From an uncultured Gammaproteobacteria bacterium (GTDB taxonomy: Bacteria; Patescibacteriota; Patescibacteriia; 2-12-FULL-60-25), in contig CAYTGF010000002.1 of assembly GCA_964437285.1 (NCBI GenBank), positions 3,543-67,542 on the forward strand: DNA of 64,000 nt. The letters are read 5' to 3'. Of the stretch, positions 60,919 through 64,000 are shown one piece after another (position 1 is the stretch's first letter; each line of letters starts with the position of its first letter). The translations under genes were made by a program, and so were the position numbers. The notes beneath the pieces are model-generated. The model saw only the letters and a program-made list of their open reading frames with translations. It did not search any database and was not told the DNA's origin.

Positions 60919-62088
60919 CTACGAAAGATAGCTCTCTCGTGTTGACATCTCACGAATATGGTCATCCAATAGTCCTAGATCTGTGTTTCCGTACTTGCCG
61001 TTTAGACGTTCATGATAATACTTCGCTGAGAGGCGCAGGTAAGACACCATTTTATGAAGTGGAACATCGAGCAGCGAGGCAACGAGGAGCTCACGAGCAT
61101 GCGCATGAGCCGAGGGCGATTCAAGATGGATCAAGGGGTGATCAGCGAGGACAAAAACGATCTTTTCAAGAACCTTTTCCAAATACAGCGAGTACTTATC
61201 GGGAAAGAGGTGCTTATACACAGGCAAAAGAAGAGATGCGTACATCTGGCTCGGAGAGCGGCCGTCCCGCAGATACGCAAGCACCTCGTCCTTCAATAAG
61301 CGTCGGGCAGCCGCTAGCTCCGGCGAAGAACCGTCATTCTTTTGCTCCCAGCCCAACAGGGGGCTCTTCTTCTGTCTTGAAGCAAGGCAATGATTGAGAA
61401 GATGTTGCGTTTCATGTCTCACAAGACTCGGATCGACCTGAGGCGCATGAAATGCTACCAATGGTATCCGATCACCATCAGCAAATACTTTCGCATCATT
61501 CGTATAGTACGGGGTCACAGGATCCGTCTCTTTCGAGAATGGAACTGATCGTAGGGTAAACAAACGCCATTCGCTCGCATGCTCAAAAACAAGCAGAAGA
61601 ATCGGCCCTCGTATAACCGCCCGCACCATCCCCTCAGGCGAGTGACCCATACTTGATTTGAAGAGCTTGGCACCAAGATCTTCCGGAGACCAGCGACGCC
61701 AGTCGTCTACCCCAAGCCCTTCTGCGAGTACAGCCAACTGACGATGGAGAGAACGCGTTCTAGAAGACCACTGATCCCACGCCAGCATGCAGGCTTTCTG
61801 AACCTCGGACGGAAGATCGCGAACGTGGTCAGCGAGAAATTGGCTGTAGAGCGCCTCATCGCCTGGACTCAAGTCCCCCACATCCGTCCATCGACGCGGC
61901 GTCGTTTCAACAGGAGCTTCTTCCATGGCACGAAAAAATCCCACCAAAGCCCAAGCGCGCCGCTCCCTCTGATCAAAGAATTCTCGCACACGCATTGGGA
62001 GCTCTGATTTCGACGGCTCTTGCCGGTCTTGCGAAGACTTGCTCGAGCGTCTAACGGGTTCTGATGTGAGTGATACCTGTTGCTCCAT
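60919..62088 (-). CDS. hypothetical protein with an HExxH motif (VRHETQHLLNH)
   Basis: 389 aa from ATG 62088, immediately downstream of rsmE. Confidence 0.55.
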   Translation of the reverse strand: MEQQVSLTSEPVRRSSKSSQDRQEPSKSELPMRVREFFDQRERRAWALVGFFRAMEEAPVETTPRRWTDVGDLSPGDEALYSQFLADHVRDLPSEVQKACMLAWDQWSSRTRSLHRQLAVLAEGLGVDDWRRWSPEDLGAKLFKSSMGHSPEGMVRAVIRGPILLLVFEHASEWRLFTLRSVPFSKETDPVTPYYTNDAKVFADGDRIPLVAFHAPQVDPSLVRHETQHLLNHCLASRQKKSPLLGWEQKNDGSSPELAAARRLLKDEVLAYLRDGRSPSQMYASLLLPVYKHLFPDKYSLYLEKVLEKIVFVLADHPLIHLESPSAHAHARELLVASLLDVPLHKMVSYLRLSAKYYHERLNGKYGNTDLGLLDDHIREMSTRESYLS

Positions 62089-62098
62089 AAAATAGTCC

Positions 62099-62830
62099 TT
62101 ATTTCTGCACCGACATGAGTTCATACCCCACCACTATCCCCGCAGTTTCCCCCTTGAGAATACTCGAGCCTACGGTAACGAGAGGATAGTTGTATTCATT
62201 TGTAAAAAAGGCTCGTTCTTCATCCGACCAGCCACCTTCTGGACCGACAAATACCGCGGTGGCTTGGGTGTGCTTGAGGGTATCTGAGAGCGTTTTGAGG
62301 TTTTTGCCTGTATCCGCCACAACGGCTTTTACGCCAGATCGGGTGAGCGTGCGTACCGCTCCCATGATATCCACGGGCGCGTGGATGGTCATCGCTCGGG
62401 CTTGTTCAGATTGTTCCATCGCTTCACGAGCGATGGTTTCTAGTCGATCAAGTCTTACCTCTTTTTTGATCGTTCGCGCAGTCACGAGCGGAATCAGGTC
62501 GCTCACACCAAGTTCTGCCAGTTTTTCCGTGAGCCATTCAAAATGATCTTTTTTTAAGATCGCCGCGCACACATACGTGCGTATGTGTGACGCAGGCGCT
62601 ACATGCAAGACTGGTTCTTTTTTTGTCTCTTGTACTCGCACTTCAACGCTCCGTTCTGAATACCCCACGATTTCGGCCTCGACACGCTCCCCCGCCCCAT
62701 CCACGAGCGTGATCTCTTCGCCGATGCGCAATTTTAAGACCCGCACGATCTGATGAACGAGCGCTGGCGCACGAATAGACCACGTCGTTCCTGACGGAAA
62801 CGGCGCCAGCGTAAAGACGTGGCGCTTCAT
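62099..62830 (-). CDS. rsmE: 16S rRNA (uracil1498-N3)-methyltransferase
   Basis: N-terminal PUA-like HQIVRVLKLRIGEEITLVDG; C-terminal VFVGPEGGWSDEE..LKGETAG. Confidence 0.85.
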   Translation of the reverse strand: MKRHVFTLAPFPSGTTWSIRAPALVHQIVRVLKLRIGEEITLVDGAGERVEAEIVGYSERSVEVRVQETKKEPVLHVAPASHIRTYVCAAILKKDHFEWLTEKLAELGVSDLIPLVTARTIKKEVRLDRLETIAREAMEQSEQARAMTIHAPVDIMGAVRTLTRSGVKAVVADTGKNLKTLSDTLKHTQATAVFVGPEGGWSDEERAFFTNEYNYPLVTVGSSILKGETAGIVVGYELMSVQK

Positions 62831-62833
62831 AGG

Positions 62834-63172
62834 TTAGACGCGTTTATCAATATACTTTTTCATGACGCCCCATTGCTTACGAAGCTCCCGTCGAAGTTCT
62901 GGAAGCTCTTCTTTTGCGACGGTTTTGCTTTTTGCATAGGCGACAAGAACCTCATCAACAAGGTCTTCATACTTCTCTTGCGTGAGCTCTTCGATGAGTT
63001 CTACCCGTGCAATCAACTGTTTTTGCAAGAGTCTTGCCTTTAGCTCTACGTCTTTCTGAAGTTTTTTTCCCTTGTCAGAACGGAGAAACAGCCCTGCCGC
63101 TAACCCAAGCACCACACCTGCCGCTAACCCAGCACCAGCAGACTTTACGCGTGAAGGACGTCTGTGCAGCAT
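62834..63172 (-). CDS. YtxH-like small protein
   Basis: Gly/Ala-rich hydrophobic N-segment followed by a charged helical region. ATG at 63172. Confidence 0.55.
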   Translation of the reverse strand: MLHRRPSRVKSAGAGLAAGVVLGLAAGLFLRSDKGKKLQKDVELKARLLQKQLIARVELIEELTQEKYEDLVDEVLVAYAKSKTVAKEELPELRRELRKQWGVMKKYIDKRV

Positions 63173-63191
63173 AGAAAAAAGAGAAAAAGAG

Positions 63192-63200
63192 TGATACACT
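63192..63200 (+). promoter_or_regulatory. extended -10 (TGaTACACT) 11 nt upstream of ATG 63212
   Basis: The nonamer is identical to that at 46181. Confidence 0.4.
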
Positions 63201-63211
63201 GAAAGTGTACC

Positions 63212-64000
63212 ATGACTGCTCGTTCATCAACACCTCGCCGCCCTTTAAAGAGCCCTGTTCTCGATGTATTTGCAATCGGCGATACGGTGCTCGATACATT
63301 TATCAACGTCCAAGATGACGCCGTGCACTGCAACCTTAATCGATCTGCTTGCCAAATCGCCTTTACGCTCGGCGAAAAAGTGCCCGTAGACGGCCTCACA
63401 AAAATTCCCGGCGCGGGCAATGCGTCAAACGCCGCCGTCGCATCTAAGCGACTTGGCCTCACGAGCGCGATTTATGCGACGATCGGCCGGGATGAGGTCG
63501 GACGATCGATTCTTGCGCGTTGGAATGAAGAGGGCGTCCAGACGACCTTCGTCGCAAAGTCCCACGAATTTGAAACGAACCATCATATTGTTCTCAGCTA
63601 TAAAGGAGAACGAACGATTCTTATTTGCCATAACCCGTACCACTACGAACTTCCTAAGCGCTTGCCGCGCATCAAGCGCCTGTACTACACCTCGCTCGGT
63701 AAAAACCACCAAGCGCTTGAACATGAGCTTCTGAGCTATCTCGAGGCACACCCAGAAGTGCGCGTGACGTTTCAGCCGGGCACGCACCAGCTTCAGCGAC
63801 TCGCTCGAGGCCTCACAAATGTCTTGGTGCGTACGGATATTCTCGCTATGAACCGCGAAGAAGCCGAACTCTTTCTTGAACAACCTAAAGGCGCCGATCT
63901 CCACGATCAACTCAAGCGACTGATCGACCTTGGTCCGCGTATTGCGATTATCACAGATGGTGAGCATGGCTCCTACGCAAGCGATGGAACGCAAGCCTGG
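63212..64000 (+). CDS. PfkB-family carbohydrate kinase (3' end outside window)
   Basis: Absent from the ORF track because it has no stop. My translation: MTARSS..VLDVFAIGDTVLDTFI..IPGAGNASNAAVASKRLGL..RTDILAMNREEAE..IITDGEHGSYA. Open through base 64000. Confidence 0.8.
   Translation, partial: MTARSSTPRRPLKSPVLDVFAIGDTVLDTFINVQDDAVHCNLNRSACQIAFTLGEKVPVDGLTKIPGAGNASNAAVASKRLGLTSAIYATIGRDEVGRSILARWNEEGVQTTFVAKSHEFETNHHIVLSYKGERTILICHNPYHYELPKRLPRIKRLYYTSLGKNHQALEHELLSYLEAHPEVRVTFQPGTHQLQRLARGLTNVLVRTDILAMNREEAELFLEQPKGADLHDQLKRLIDLGPRIAIITDGEHGSYASDGTQAW

Noticed and set aside
63425-63994. 189-aa minus-strand ORF at the window edge
   Set aside because: It is the shadow of an unlisted plus-strand open frame (63212..64000+) that translates into a clear PfkB-type kinase (GAGNASNAAVA motif).

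Overview
64-kb fragment of a small-genome bacterium. Split transketolase, a DUF4012-type protein, a TrmB regulator, singly scattered aaRS genes and many anchored or secreted ORFans suggest a Patescibacteria/CPR-like organism, but that is inference only. The standard code applies: rpiB and rpe end in TGA. I call about 65 CDS, 7 tRNA genes (Lys-CTT, 2x Arg-CCG, Tyr-GTA, Thr-GGT, Gln-CTG, Pro-TGG), 2 tRNA 3' fragments, and no rRNA or CRISPR. The housekeeping backbone is trxB-trxA, rny, hup, proS, ileS, two M16 peptidases, rpiB-rpe, split tkt, tpiA, glyQS, frr, holB, thrS, rsmE, a pfkB-type kinase (open at the 3' edge) and a glycan cluster (sugar phosphotransferase plus 3 glycosyltransferases plus DUF4012). 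Many GC-rich ORFan cassettes are interspersed, each with its own TTGACA-N17/18-TAnnnT promoter, a strong Shine-Dalgarno and an intrinsic terminator. Main second-look items: (1) an autonomous zinc-ribbon/kinase-like (catalytic loop disabled) plus vWA two-gene cassette. (2) A family of TIR-bounded, hairpin-packed non-coding elements around tRNA genes, with covarying stems, a conserved 11-nt loop and a 55-nt perfect palindrome. (3) A tRNA-Arg locus duplicated around a PRTase-like plus His/Asp-motif gene pair, with a further tRNA 3' fragment, and a 58-bp tRNA-Lys 3' end/terminator direct repeat. (4) A CoaB-like/class II aldolase-like fusion. (5) A tandem-paralog ORFan array containing an in-frame TAG. 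(6) A promoter-to-terminator rod-shaped sRNA candidate. All domain calls rest on motif recognition by eye; no database search was possible.
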